Shown: piece after piece, positions 29,066 to 42,649 of the stretch | Numbering within the stretch: the stretch's first letter is position 1 | Layout: every line of letters starts with the position of its first letter | NCBI RefSeq assembly: GCF_006345805.1 | Contig: NW_021834790.1 | Span: 16,226-80,225, forward strand | DNA: 64,000 bases | Source of the DNA: Octopus sinensis | Lineage: Eukaryota | Reading direction: 5' to 3' | Program-made: the position numbers and the translations under genes | The notes under the pieces: model-generated | Seen by the model: the letters and a program-made list of their open reading frames with translations, nothing else | Database searches by the model: none | What the model was told of the DNA's origin: nothing

Positions 29066-29236
29066 TTATATACGACGGGTCTCTTTCAGACTCCGTATAC
29101 CAAATCCACTTACAAGGCTTTGATCGGCCCGAGGCTATAGTAGAAGACACTTACCCACGTTGCCACGCAGTGGGACTGAACTCGGAACCATGTGGATGGT
29201 AAGCAAGCTACTTACCACACAGCCCCTCCTTCGCCT
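28745..29236 (-). mobile_element. SINE family B
   Basis: Reverse complement of family B. Confidence 0.85.
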
Positions 29237-30147
29237 CCTATAAAAATTACTCTGATCTGTTGTATGAAATCTAAGTTGTGTTATATCTAATTAAATTGGT
29301 GAGTGTAATATTATTACTCGGCAATTAAAGGTTGCTAACTGGAAGAACCGTCATTGCTTCGGACAAAATTCTTAGCGGCATTTTTTCCGGCATTTTATGT
29401 TCTGAGTCCAATCTCGCCAAGGTCAACTTTGCCTTTCCTCGTTTTGGGGTCAACAAAGTAAGTACTTGTGAAGTACTGAGTCGATGTAGCCAACGTGTCC
29501 CGTCTCCCTGGCATTACTGGCCTTGTGCCAAAATTTGAAACAATTATTATTCCTCAGTTATGTACAAACTGCCGGGTAATATCATACTCACATCCAAAGG
29601 GGAAATATACAGCATCTTAATACAAGGCCTAAGAGGTAAGTTGAGTATTTCGAACCCGGAAGAGTAAAAGGCAATGTTGACCTCCGAACGCAAAGAGGCC
29701 AAAGATATTCTTAATCGACGGTCTAACGATTCTGCCATGGTAGCTATATACTGATGTGTTATTTAAACTAAGAAGAAATATGATATCTGCTAGATTAATA
29801 TGATGTATAAAGTATCGTTTAAAAACATGTTATATGAAGTATTGTTTAAAAAAATCTCGTATCTACAGACGTACAAGGCTGGAGTTCGTCTTAAACGACT
29901 GGAAGTACAAGACTTACTCTTGAACGGAAGGCCAGTCTGTCGCAAGGTTAACCCGCAGTGGTAGTGGACACACATTCATCCGAAAGAAATAACGTGAAAA
30001 GTAGTGCTTTGTTCAAAGACACAATGCGTTCTTATGTCTGGATATCGAACCCAGAACATAATGACCGTTATCCCAAGATCAAAAGCACATTCTCTGCGTG
30101 CCTTTCAATGCGATATGTGATAGCACTATATATATATATATATATAT

Positions 30148-30525
30148 AATACAAATAAGATAATGGAGAAACAAATTCAGTTTGTTTATCAACCTACGGA
30201 TATCATAATGTTAGATTATTTATTCATTTTAGAAATGAGAACATCAGCTTTTGAAGTTCTCATTTGTAAAATGAATAAATAATCTAACATTATAATATCC
30301 GTAAGTTGATAAACAAACGGAATTTGTTTCTCCATTTTCTTTTTTGTATTGTAAATTTACGGCAAAAAATATTTCTTTATCTTTCACCCGTTTAATACAA
30401 TAAATGAATTAATTGCATTGCAATTAAAAACATTTATGTATTAAGAATTTGGGCACTTTACCAACAGTATATTGGATAAATGAAATCCCATAGTGGGTTA
30501 CACCCATAACCCCTATCTTACTTTG
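30148..30525. repeat. Foldback repeat (~95-bp inverted arms, 30148-30350) with a unique extension, between (TA)n tracts; PLE-like architecture
   Basis: AATACAAA..GGAGAAACAAATTC...ATGAGAAC mirrors GTTCTCAT...GAATTTGTTTCTCC..TTTGTATT. Confidence 0.7.
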
Positions 30526-30544
30526 TATATATATATATTGTTTT

Positions 30545-30932
30545 ATTAGCTTTCTTGATTCAATCATTTGACTGTGGTCATGCTGGATTACCGCCTTGAA
30601 GGTTTTAGTCGAACAAATCGACCCCGGGGCTTATTTTAAAGCCTAATACTTATTCTATCAGTCTCTTTTGCTGTTTTAATTAAGGGGACGTAAATACACC
30701 AACACAGATTGCCAAGCGGTGATGGGGCTGGAGACAAGCACAGGCACAAAGACACACACACACACACACAGATATATACGACGGGCTTCTTTCAGTTTCC
30801 GCCCAATCACAAGGCTTTAGTCGGCCCGAGGCTTTAGTAGAAGATACTTGCGCAAGGTGTAACGCAGTGGGGCTGAACACGCAACCATGTGATTGGAAAG
30901 CAAGTTTCTTACCACACAGCCACGCCTGCGCC
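30545..30932 (-). mobile_element. SINE family B, diverged
   Basis: Reverse complement of family B. Confidence 0.75.
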
Positions 30933-31013
30933 TATACAAACACACACATATATATTCGCCATGATAGATCGCTAGCCAACGCACATTCTTTATTTTCTCT
31001 CGTTTCTTTCTGT

Positions 31014-31056
31014 GTTCCTTTCTGTGGAAGAGCGTACGCTCGAAACGTTAAAAACC
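31014..31056 (+). ncRNA. Degenerate hammerhead-like motif, second copy of the 3627 repeat
   Basis: CTGTGGAA-GAGC GTAC GCTC-GAAACGTT. Confidence 0.4.
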
Positions 31057-31151
31057 TTTTCACTGCCAGAGCGTTATACTAATACATCAGTTTGTTGTCT
31101 ACACCACCTGTCTTCGTCTTTTGTTTTTGCTTTATTTTTTGTGAATTGTCC

Positions 31152-31223
<72 letters not shown>

Positions 31224-31226
<3 letters not shown>

Positions 31227-31456
31227 GGTGGCCCAAAAGTAGGTTCACAGTTATTCAACTATCTCTTCGCATTCATATATTAACAGTTTAGATCTTGATT
31301 ATAAAAATTTGAAATCATTATTGTATGCTAATTTAGTTAATTTTGTCAAGCTTCCTTTTCAGTTTGTCAGATAGAAATTTTTATGTAATAAAATGTTTTT
31401 AAAAGAAATTTCAGGTGCCTATGTAATAACTGTAAACCTAATTTGGGGCCACTCTG
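31224..31456. mobile_element. Tc1/mariner-type MITE in (TA)n
   Basis: GGGTGGCCCAAAAGTAGGTTCACAGTTATT mirrors AATAACTGTAAACCTAATTTGGGGCCACTC. Confidence 0.7.
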
Positions 31457-31602
<146 letters not shown>

Positions 31603-31643
31603 CGATAGATGATATGAATGATATATATATATAATATGGTATA

Positions 31644-31698
<55 letters not shown>

Positions 31699-32627
31699 AT
31701 AATGTACACACCCGCATATATATATATATACACTCATATGTATATATTTCTTATGTATATATATTTCAAGAACTTCTGTAATATCTAATAATAAATTTTG
31801 TAATAACTTTTGTAATATCGGCTTCTGATAGGATATCTGATACTATTTTAGGATATCAATTTAGTAGACCAATGTAGATATTTCAATTGTGAGCCAATAT
31901 CCAAGATGCGTATTAGGTCTATGCTGTGAGTTATATATCGTAGAATGGGCGGTAATATTTAATCATATTTGTCTTTTTTCTTTTTCGAAAATTCTATAAT
32001 ATTGAATACATTCTCAATGATCTCAAAATAACTTATTAATTATGGAAACTAGTTTAGAGACTATGGTATACTTATATTATTGCAAATTTTAAACAAATGT
32101 AATAAACGGAATGTTTCCAACGCAGAAATAAAATTGCGAAAACGAAAAATAAATTAAAATATTTATTTCTTCATAACGATGATCTATTCCATATTCTGTC
32201 TTATGATGTAAACATATGACGTCATAGCTATGACGTAACAGTGTGGAATATCCAAATAAGAACTGATATCTAAATTATATGATAAATAACGTGATAGCTA
32301 AACTATTTGGAAACTATCTAAGGTTTATAACAATTATATAAATGGTTTCAAATTTTGGCATAAGCCCAATAGTTTTAAGGAACGGGGCTTGTCGTTTACA
32401 TCGACCCTAGTGTTCAACTGCTTCTTATTTTATCGACCCCGGGATGTCGGCTTTACCATCCAGTCTTTGAGCGTCGATAAAATAAGTACCAGTCGAGTAC
32501 TGGGGTCGATGTAATTGACTTACTCCCTCTCCCGAAATTGATGGCCATGTGCCAAAATTTGGAACAATGTTTAAATACTGAAACCAGTGAAATAACGACT
32601 CCATCTATCTCTCTATCCTATAATATA

Positions 32628-33137
32628 TCTTATATATAAAATAGACTTGTGTGTGTATTCGCTTTTCACGTGAAAACGGCTGCGCGAATTGGTTTCATAC
32701 TTGGGGTGCATCAATAATTTGATCCCGGATACATAATAGGGTCTTATTAAAAATAAATGATATTGCTTTATATATACGATTCACTTCTTTAAAAAGGTAT
32801 TTCAATCTTAACTTCCGGTATTGATGTAGCAACCGTTGCAGGCGACATTTTCTGTTTTCATTTGCGACATCTCTCACCCTCTATTTTAATGTTTACATTT
32901 CAAGTTTTAATTCGCTATTTACAAACAACTGAGATAAATTAGTAAAAGAAATATTCACTAAGCAAGTGAGATTTTTTATAAATTGAAGTTTTCAAGAAAA
33001 TTTGCTTTCTGAACTACCTTTCATTATTGAATATTTCAAGATAAATTTAAATTCGGTACAAGATAGTTTTAACGAGCTTTTATTTATACGATTTTTTCAT
33101 TTCATGTTTATTTCATTCATTGTTTGTAATGTTCTCT

Positions 33138-33181
<44 letters not shown>

Positions 33182-33191
33182 TAAACACAAA

Positions 33192-33222
<31 letters not shown>

Positions 33223-33240
33223 GCACGCATACACACACAT

Positions 33241-33283
<43 letters not shown>

Positions 33284-34081
33284 AGGTTTGATTACGTTAT
33301 CGCACAAATATCACATTAGAATTTTACAATTCAACATGGGGCATCCAAAAAAATATGGGCATTCTTTCGCTTGAACCCGCGCACTTTGTTAATTTCCGTA
33401 ATTTTTTTCTTTTACTTTTTGTATGTACGCTTGTATATTATGTATGAGTGTGTATGTGTGCGTGAGAGAAAGAGAGAGAGGGGGGGATAAAGAGTGTGAA
33501 TAAAAGGGTGTGTTATCATGTATACGCACATACATAAATACATATGCACACATCTGTTTTGTATGTATGTGTGCGTGTGCATCTGTGTGAGACAGAGAGA
33601 GAGAGAAAGACAGAGATGTCTAAGTGGCACTCACTTTCTCTCTATCACACACACACAAACGCACACATACATACAAAAAAGATGCATTCATATTCATTTG
33701 TGTATGTACATATACATGACAACACCCCCCCCCTTCACTCACTCACTCTCTCTTTCTCTCTTTCCCTCTCTCTCTCTCTCTTTCTCTCTCACGTCCATTT
33801 CATATACACGTACATACATCTTTCACTTTCGCCTCTCTTTGATTTTAAAACAAAAGTAAATAAATATAAAAAAACGTCACGGAAATTAACGAACCACAAG
33901 CTGTTCCTTTTGACATTTCTGCGGGTTCAACCGAAAGAACACCAAAATATGCGATGGAAAAGAGCATTTAGCAGCAAAAACACGACGGCAGACAATATCA
34001 TAAAAATTATTAGAACTGTGAATTAAATGTGGAAATATTGTAGCTAGCAGAAAACCGCCCGGAGGGTGGTCCTTCTGCTAG
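32628..34081 (+). mobile_element. Non-autonomous Helitron
   Basis: 5' A|TCTTATATATAAAA start, 3' hairpin ACCGCCC-GGA-GGGTGGT followed by CTAG|T, and no TSD. Confidence 0.65.
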
Positions 34082-34332
34082 TATATATGTGTGTGTGTAT
34101 GTATATGTGAGTGTGCGTGAGTGTGTGTGTATGTACGTATGTGTACATGTATGTATGTACATATGTATCTCTCTATCTATCTATCATCTATCTATACACA
34201 CACACACACACTCACACACACATATATAGGTAAAATTGATATATACGCACACACATATATATATATTCATACATGCACATACTTACACACATACATGAAG
34301 ACATACACATACTCATACATGCATACTTACAC

Positions 34333-34733
34333 ATGGAATGGAATGGAATGGAAGCACTCCGTCGGTTACGACGACGAGGGTTCCGGTTGATCCGAATCAA
34401 CGGAACAGCCTGCTCGTGAAATTAACGTGTAAGTGGCTGAGCACTCCACAGACACGTGTACCCTTAACGTAGTTCTCGGGGATATTCAGCGTGACACAGA
34501 GAGTGACAAGGCCGGCCCTTTGAAATACAGGTACAACAGAAACAGGAAGTAAGAGTGAGAGAAAGTTGTGGTGAAAGAGTACAGCAGGGATCACCACCAT
34601 CCCCTGCCGGAGCTGCGTGGAGCTTTAGGTGTTTTGGCTCAATAAACACTCACAACGCCCGGTCTGGGAATCGAAACCGCGATCCTATGACCGCGAGTCC
34701 GCTGCCCTAACCACTGGGCCATTGCGCCTCCAC
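34333..34733 (-). mobile_element. SINE family C with (TTCCA)n tail
   Basis: TSD ACTTACACAT; near-identical to the other family C copies. Confidence 0.9.
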
Positions 34734-35851
34734 ACTTACACATACATACATACAAATTAACTTACACATACATACAAATATACACATACACATACATAAC
34801 ATACACTTACACATACATACATACAAATATAACTTACACATACATACATACAAAAATACGCGCGTACGCAAAAGAGAGAGAGATGGATGGATGGATGGGA
34901 CAGACAATGCGTTGGCAATTTACATATGATAATTTTCGTTATATGTAGATATGCATGTATGAATATAGATTCATTATATGCATATAATCATATATTTATG
35001 CGTTATGAGACAATCCGTTCATCATCTATCGACTAAAAAGATCTTTGCAATTTCACTCTTTTCCGGTTATATGGCACCATAGGTGCTGCCAAGGGACATC
35101 GATATTATTAGAGAATCTTTTCTCGGTTTTGGCTTTTAACCTCTTCCCAATCATTCTTTTACATTTTTCAGAATTATTTTGATAGAGAAAAATGAAATAG
35201 ATTCAGCCATTCTCTTACGTAAATCTAAACATCTGTTTCTTCAGCTTCTACGCAAGCCCCTCGCCCATATATTTAAAGAATGTGGTCGGATTTATGTTCC
35301 GAGGGAATTTGCTGCTCATAAATTGAATTGGTTTCAACTGGGTACTGAAACCTCATCGCATTTGTACATGTTATATTTTATTCAGCTATTCTTCTTTATG
35401 AGTTTTCATTTTGCAATTTCCCCCAAAAAATTTGTTTAGTTGTTGCCTAGACTGTAGGAAACTATATCTTAGAATTATGGTGAATTTTTAGAGAGAATAG
35501 CTCTCTCTTTCTCTCCCCCCACTATCTCGCTCTCTCCTGCCCCTATATATATATATATATATATATATCTAATATATATATATATTATATATATATATAT
35601 AATATATATTTTATATATATGTGCGTGGGTCTATGTGTGATGACCCGTTTGTCTTTGTGTTCATCCTTCGTGTATTTACGTTATTTATTTAGGTAAAGGT
35701 ATTATATTATATATATATATTATATATTATATATAGATATTATATAATATTATATATATATATATATATGCATGTATGAATACATTTACGTATATATATA
35801 TATGTGTGTGTGTGTGATGTATATATATATATATTTTATATATATATATAT

Positions 35852-35882
<31 letters not shown>

Positions 35883-36714
35883 GATATATATATATATAGT
35901 GTATATTTGTCTGTGCGTGTGTTGCGATATGTATATATAAGTATGCTGTAGCTTGCTTGAAGCACTGCAAAATATATAAAAACTGTTATTGTATAACACT
36001 ACAACAGCTGAAGATAGAACATAAATAAGAACAAAGACAAAGATTGAATTGCTACCTTGAAAATTTTCAACAGCCCCGATATTTCGAGTAAAAGCTTCTT
36101 TCAGGAAAGCACAAGAGAAAAAGAGAGACAAAGAGTGAGAGAGAGTGGGTGAGAGTAAAGTGAGAACCAAAATACAGTTTAGGTTGGCGCGTTGGGTTAA
36201 GTGAAATTAAAGTGAACACGAATATTGAAGTGTGGGAATTGAGCAACGTTCTATGTACTGCTGGTTTCAGCGTATGGATGTGATGTGTACGCGAGGAGGA
36301 ATCGGGTGAAGTATCGTAATGCCGGGTGGCTACTGACAGTGACTATTATAACCCCTGGATGCCATTTAATACATAAACTTTCTTGGCATTTCAACAGCTC
36401 CATCACCAACACTTCAGAAATTGTGATGTCTGCTTTTCTGAACTGTCGGCACCAGTTAACTTTATGTAGCTACTCGTATTCTTGAAATACGTGTGTTCTA
36501 GTTTTAGGGAAATGCGTCTATATGGTCAGTAGACTCGGTGGAAATAGCAGCTAAGGTCTCATTTGAATAGCACCCTATCACCTTTAAAATATATAGTTCT
36601 AGGTGCACTGTGTGGAAATAGGAACGAAGACGGGATGATCACGGCAAAAATTAGTTTCAATTAGAGCTGACCAACATCTTATTCCAACAATATACACACA
36701 TGCGCGCATACAAT

Positions 36715-36747
<33 letters not shown>

Positions 36748-36774
36748 GTATGTATATATAAAGAGAGGAGGAGA

Positions 36775-36915
36775 ACGCGTGAGTGAGAAAGAAAAGAGGA
36801 GCGAACCCTACGTACGCGTGAGGGAGAAAGAAAAGAGGAGCGACCCCTACGTACGCGTGAGTGAGAGAGAAAAGAGGAGCGACCTCTACGCACGCGTGAG
36901 AAAGAAAAGAGGAGC
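36775..36915. repeat. 39-bp minisatellite, about 4 copies
   Basis: GAGGAGCGA recurs at 36796, 36835 and 36874, then a shortened unit at 36909. Confidence 0.85.
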
Positions 36916-37375
36916 GGCCTCAAATCAAACTCTTCCCTTCTTAATGAAGTATTGCTTTGGCTAATGTAGTCAGTGATGTCACTAAAAATGATGAGATGGT
37001 CACAGGCGGAACGTCTTTGGTGATAGATCTGCTTGATGAAGTCCAACTTGTATAGGACACCGCCATTCTATCTTTTAGTCAACGAGAGACTAATGGCCGG
37101 ATCCGATACATAGTAATGTTTAGTCATGTTTTCGACTCGCTTTTACAAGAAAATAATATTATTATTTCTTTTAAACCTTTGTATGCTACGCAATGTGTCC
37201 CTTCTTTTACATTGTATACCGTGTATACCTTTTTTATCATTTCATTATATGTAAACCCCAAAACTTTATATCTCTCTTTGTATTGCCCCCCTCATCCTTC
37301 ACTCTTGTGGAAAATAAATGAAATCATCGTCATCATCTTTATCATCATCATCATCATTATTATTATTATTATTGA

Positions 37376-37636
37376 TTGAGAGAGCAGTGCATGCCATCAA
37401 AGTGACGCTGGGGTAAAATATACGAAGCCCAGTATACTCATCATGACTACCCGTCTGATAAGGGTACACCAGATACATGCATCACAACCATGTGTGCGCG
37501 ACATGGGGATCTCATATCAAGACAAACAGCACATGGCCTTGCAGGTTGGGCCCAATTAGAATTTTCTTCTGGTCGAGTAACCCATCCCGTTCCAAAGGTC
37601 CCTGAAAAAGGGTTGTTTAAGGATGTTGAACGAAAA
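37376..37636 (-). mobile_element. Probable retroposon 3' fragment inserted in a (TAA)n tract
   Basis: 260 bp of complex sequence bounded on both sides by (TTA)n. Family not recognised. Confidence 0.4.
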
Positions 37637-37655
37637 ATTATTATTATTATTATTA

Positions 37656-37699
<44 letters not shown>

Positions 37700-38287
37700 G
37701 GCGGCGAGGTGGCAGAATCTTTAGCACGTCCATCTTCACATTCTGTGTTCAAATTCCGCCAAGGTCGACTTTGCTTTTCATCCTTTCGGGGTCGATAAAT
37801 TAAGTACCAGTGAAACACTGGGGTTCCATGTAATCGAGTCATCCTTTCGCCTAAAATGTCTACCCCTGTGGCAAAATTTGAAACCATTATTATTATTAAT
37901 CAATTTTAAAAGATTCTGTAAGCATGCGTTCCGAACCGGAGCTCGACTAGAGGCAAAATTAATATCGGTTCTGATTGGTCAAATCAATGCATTTTAGAGA
38001 ACCTTTTCTTGTCTCAACCATTGAAAAGGAAACTTATAAACTCATATATTTAACATGACGTATTCCTCTTCACTTTCGCTGTACATGCGAGCCAAACGGA
38101 TGTTCTTTCTTTTTTTATTTTACATTCTTTTCCAAATGCGTTTGATCGAATGGATTCTAGCGTAATGGACGATAGTGTAACATTTTGCAGAAGGTTATCA
38201 TTCTATCAAGTATTGGTCTTCTCGAAATCTGTATGCGTTTATATGGATAATTTCTATCTTGTTCTCAATTTAAGGATTTAATATCAC

Positions 38288-38329
<42 letters not shown>

Positions 38330-39572
38330 TAATTAAGGGCTAAAGAGGGTTATTCTAAAGCCAAATACACTGTTTATCCACTTATAATCCGCTTGTTACA
38401 GGAAAATTGAAACTGAAAACGGGCAACTAACTTTAGAAAATTTAAATTTCGTTATCTCTATATTGAATCAATTTCGGACTTAATCTTATAAAAAGATATA
38501 TTCTTCTTCAGTAGAAATTTCGATGGGATATAAATAAAATACTCACGTATGATCATGGAAAAAGCACAAGCTAAAAACATAACTACACTTGAGTACATCA
38601 TTTATATCTAAAAATAAAATTCTTTGGTCAGCCTCAGAAAACAACGTCCAGACCTTTCGCGCTACAATGTAATGTTACCAGTCCTCCTGTAGCAAGCATC
38701 GAGTTTACTACTAAGCAATATAGGATGAAGTCCCTTACTCTACAGCAAAGGAATTCATCAGGAAGCGTGGGCAGTATATTTAAAAACCGTTACGGTTTGC
38801 AATATACATCATAATTAAGGGCTAAGAGGGTTATTCTAAAGCCAAAATCATGTTTTATCCACTTATAATCCGCTTGTTACAGAAAATTGAAACTGAAAAC
38901 GGGCAACTACACCTTAGAAATTTAAATTTCGTTATCTCTATATGAATCAATTTCGGACTTAATCTTATAAAAAGATATATTCTTCTTCAGTAGAAATTCG
39001 ATGGATATAAATAAAATACTCACGTATGATCATGGAAAAAGCACAAGCTAAAAACATAACTACACTTGAGTACATCATTATATCTAAAAATAAAAATTCT
39101 TTGGTCAGCCTCAGAAAACAACGTCCAGACCTTTCGCCGCTACAAATTGTAATGGTTACCAGTCCTCCTGTAGCAAGCATCGAGTTTACTACTAAGCAAT
39201 ATAGGATGAAGTCCCTTACTCTACAGCAAAGGAATTCATCAGGAAGCGTGGGCAGTATATTTAAAAAAACCGTTACGGTTGCAATATATCATTATAATTA
39301 AGGGCTAAAGAGGGTTATTCTAAAGCCAAATACACTGTGTTATCCACTTATAATCCGCTTGTTACAGGAAAATTGAAACTGAAAACGGGCAACTAACCTT
39401 AGAAAATTTAAATTCGTTTATCTCTATATTGAATCAATTTCGGACTTAATCTATAAAAAGATATATTCCTTCTTCAGTAGAATTTCGATGGGATATAAAT
39501 AAAATACTCACGTATGATCATGGAAAAAGCACAAGCTAAAAACATAACTACACTGAGACATCATTATATCTC
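38330..39572 (-). repeat. ~484-bp tandem repeat (about 2.5 units), each unit with a hammerhead motif; retrozyme/PLE pLTR-like
   Basis: TAATTAAGGGCT recurs at ~38330, 38812 and 39296. (TA)n flanks both sides. Confidence 0.85.
38455..38517 (-). ncRNA. Type I hammerhead ribozyme motif (repeated at 38935-38996 and 39421-39483)
   Basis: Minus strand: TTTCTA-CTGAAGAA-(G)GA..ATCTT/AAGAT..TCC-GAAA-TTGA T TCAA-TA^-TAGAGA. Stem I has 6 bp and stem III is palindromic. Confidence 0.6.
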
Positions 39573-39580
39573 AATATATA

Positions 39581-39651
<71 letters not shown>

Positions 39652-39810
39652 GTGATATTAAATCCTTAATTGAGAACAGAGATAGAAATTATCCATATAA
39701 ACGCATACAGATTTCGAGAAGACCAATACTGATAGAAAGATAACCTTCTGCAAAATGTTACACTATCGTCCATTACGCTAGAATCCATTCGATCAAACGC
39801 ATTTGGAAAA

Positions 39811-39855
<45 letters not shown>

Positions 39856-39859
39856 ATAT

Positions 39860-39922
<63 letters not shown>

Positions 39923-40047
39923 ATGTGTGTGGTGGTGTGTATGTATATATGATGTATATATTTATTTATATATATATAAAATATATATATATACATACAT
40001 ACATACATACACACACATATATATGTATGTGTTATGTATATATACAG

Positions 40048-40084
<37 letters not shown>

Positions 40085-40160
40085 CATACATGCATGCATA
40101 CATACTAATACATATATAACATACATACATATAATATACACACACACACACACACACACA

Positions 40161-40207
<47 letters not shown>

Positions 40208-40771
40208 GATATATATATATATATACATATAATATATATATTAATCTCAAAATCTCATATTCTTACCTTTATTAGTATAAATAAAGTTGTTATAATGTAT
40301 ATTGGCCCTTTATTCATTTATCCATTTTGATCTACATTACGAATAAGGTTTTGAAGTATAATTGCTTCTATCCTGCCTGCAATTCCGGTTTAAACTGCAA
40401 TTCGGCACGCAAAACCAAACGAGTTAAACACTTTGATGTTAAAAAATGTAGCCAATTCTTTAGAAATAATAGAACATGTATAATCTTTAAAAGGGTTAGA
40501 CTATCAGCGTAAGAGCGCTTTCTTTATAGATCTATTGAATCTGGGATAACTTACATCACACGTAATTTGTTTTCAACTTTTTTTTCTGATATCACATCAT
40601 CTGCACTGATTAAATCCTGTCATTACTGCCTAATCAAGGCTATCGGGCTAAAGCTAAAACATGAAAACATCTCCCGATCTCTCCTTCTCATCCCCGCTAC
40701 TTGCGCAATGTTGTCAAGTGCGGAAATCCTGAATCTTGCTAGGCCCTGGCACTATTAGGCCACAAAACCAG

Positions 40772-40903
40772 TGCTTACCAGCCACATGGTTCCGGGTTTA
40801 GTCCCACTGCGTGGCATCTTGGGCAAGTGTCTTCTACTATAGCCTCAGGCCGACTAAAGCCTTGTGAGTGGATTGGTAGACGGAAACTGAAAGAAGCCCG
40901 TCG

Positions 40904-40962
<59 letters not shown>

Positions 40963-41212
40963 ATGTGTGTGTGTGTATGTGTGTGTGTGTGTGTGTGTGT
41001 TTATATGTTTGTGTTTGTTCCTCCCAACATCGCTTGACAACCGATGCTGGTGTGTTTACGTCCCCGTAACTTAGCGGTTTGGCAAAAGAGACCGATAGAA
41101 TAAGTACTAGGCTTACAAAGAATAAGTCCTGGGGTCGATTTGCTCGACTAAAGGCGGTGCTCCAGCATGGCTGCAGTCAAATGGCTGAAACAAGTAAAAG
41201 AGTAAAAGAGTA
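40772..41212 (+). mobile_element. SINE family B, 5'-truncated
   Basis: Family B sequence. Confidence 0.85.
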
Positions 41213-42212
41213 AACTTTTCCCTTTTATTCTACGGAGATCCCCCCTAATCGAATAATGTGCCACATTGCCCTCAGAGGTAAATTTTGTTACAGTGCCAAT
41301 TTCTGTCGACGTCATTTCCAGCGTCTCAACGATATTTAATACAGAAATCTTAAGGGATCTACTCTTTCGTTACCCGGAGTTTCTCTCTCTTTTCACTAAT
41401 CCGTTGCTGAGACAGATCTACTGCTGACTCGAACTTCTACCAACTACACCAGTTGTTTTAAACTTTTGAAACCTTCAACGAAGTCAATGCAAAATTTTTC
41501 GATTATATATGGAATGTGAATGCCAAAACGATCCATCCATCTCCAATGTTTTTTGATAGGAAGTTACCTTTCAGCTTACTTCAGAAGAAGGAGCTTTGAT
41601 TGTCCTGCTTTCTTCTCCCTCTTGTCTGTTTTCTTCCCGCTTTCTGTCAAGTCTACGGCGCCTAATGGTTTGGTTATATCTCCACTACTTCTTTATTCTA
41701 ACGATTTTCTTGTTCGCACTTCTAACAACACTTTATTGCAGATGCTTTAGCACATCATTCCTTCTTAGACTTTCACTCACACAGACGTAATATCTATTTA
41801 ACCTGACACCTCATGTCAAACTTATACCACCTTCAGGAATACACTTCGACCCCATCTTTCAACGAGGACATGTCAAGTTGCCCGTTTCCTTCAACATTAC
41901 AAGCACACAATCAGTTGTTAGGATGTTTCATTGGTGCATTATTCTGTTGTTCATACAACAGAATAATGCATCAACGAAGGCATCTCTACGTAGTTGTTCA
42001 ACTTACTATAAACAGCAATCTTAAGTCCTTCAAATCAAATCATAATATCTTAGAATATGGAAGGATAAATTGAATGGAGAATTATACAATTTCTCAGGAG
42101 AGGACGGCATCGTTGAGGCTGGCGCCTTTGGTGGTAAGCCTGCTGTCAGATTCGATATTGTCTCAAGGGCAATGACAACGACAATAGCAGAAAAAGCAGA
42201 AGCACAACAGCA

Positions 42213-42578
42213 TGGAGACGCAATGGCCCAGTGGTTAGGGCAGCGGACTCGCGGTCGGAGGATCGCGGTTTCGATTCCCAGACCGGGCGTTGTGTGTGTT
42301 TATTGAGCGAAAACACCTAAAGCTCCACGAGGTTCCGGCAGGGGGTGGTGCCGACCCCTGTTGTACTCTTTCGCCCCAACTTTCTCTCACTCTTTCTTCC
42401 TGTTTCTTGTCCCCGACTTCCTACGCAACCGCTGAGCCTTTATGCGCATTCATCCATCCGTCGATGCTCTCGGCGTCTGGGGTCGACCTGCTTTCTCTTC
42501 TGCGGGTCTTACAAATAGCAAAGGACCACGTTTCGGACTTCTCTCATCTTGCGAGCTCTGGGACGAAGACCGTTCGCT
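42213..42578 (+). mobile_element. SINE with family C 5' half and an alternative 3' tail
   Basis: Matches family C to CTTCCTGTTTCT (~42406), then an unrelated tail ending in a (CAA/CAG)n tract. Confidence 0.8.
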
Positions 42579-42649
42579 CAACAGCAATAGCAACAGCAAC
42601 ATCAGCAACAGCAACAATAACAACAATACATCAAGATAAAAAATAATAA

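Noticed and set aside
39120-39250. Second hammerhead in the 484-bp unit (minus CTGATGA ... GAAAGGTC)
   Set aside because: Stems I and III do not pair convincingly.
42517-42553. Hammerhead remnant in the SINE tail (minus GATGAG..GTCCGAAACGTGGTC)
   Set aside because: The CU of the core is missing and stem II is not formed.
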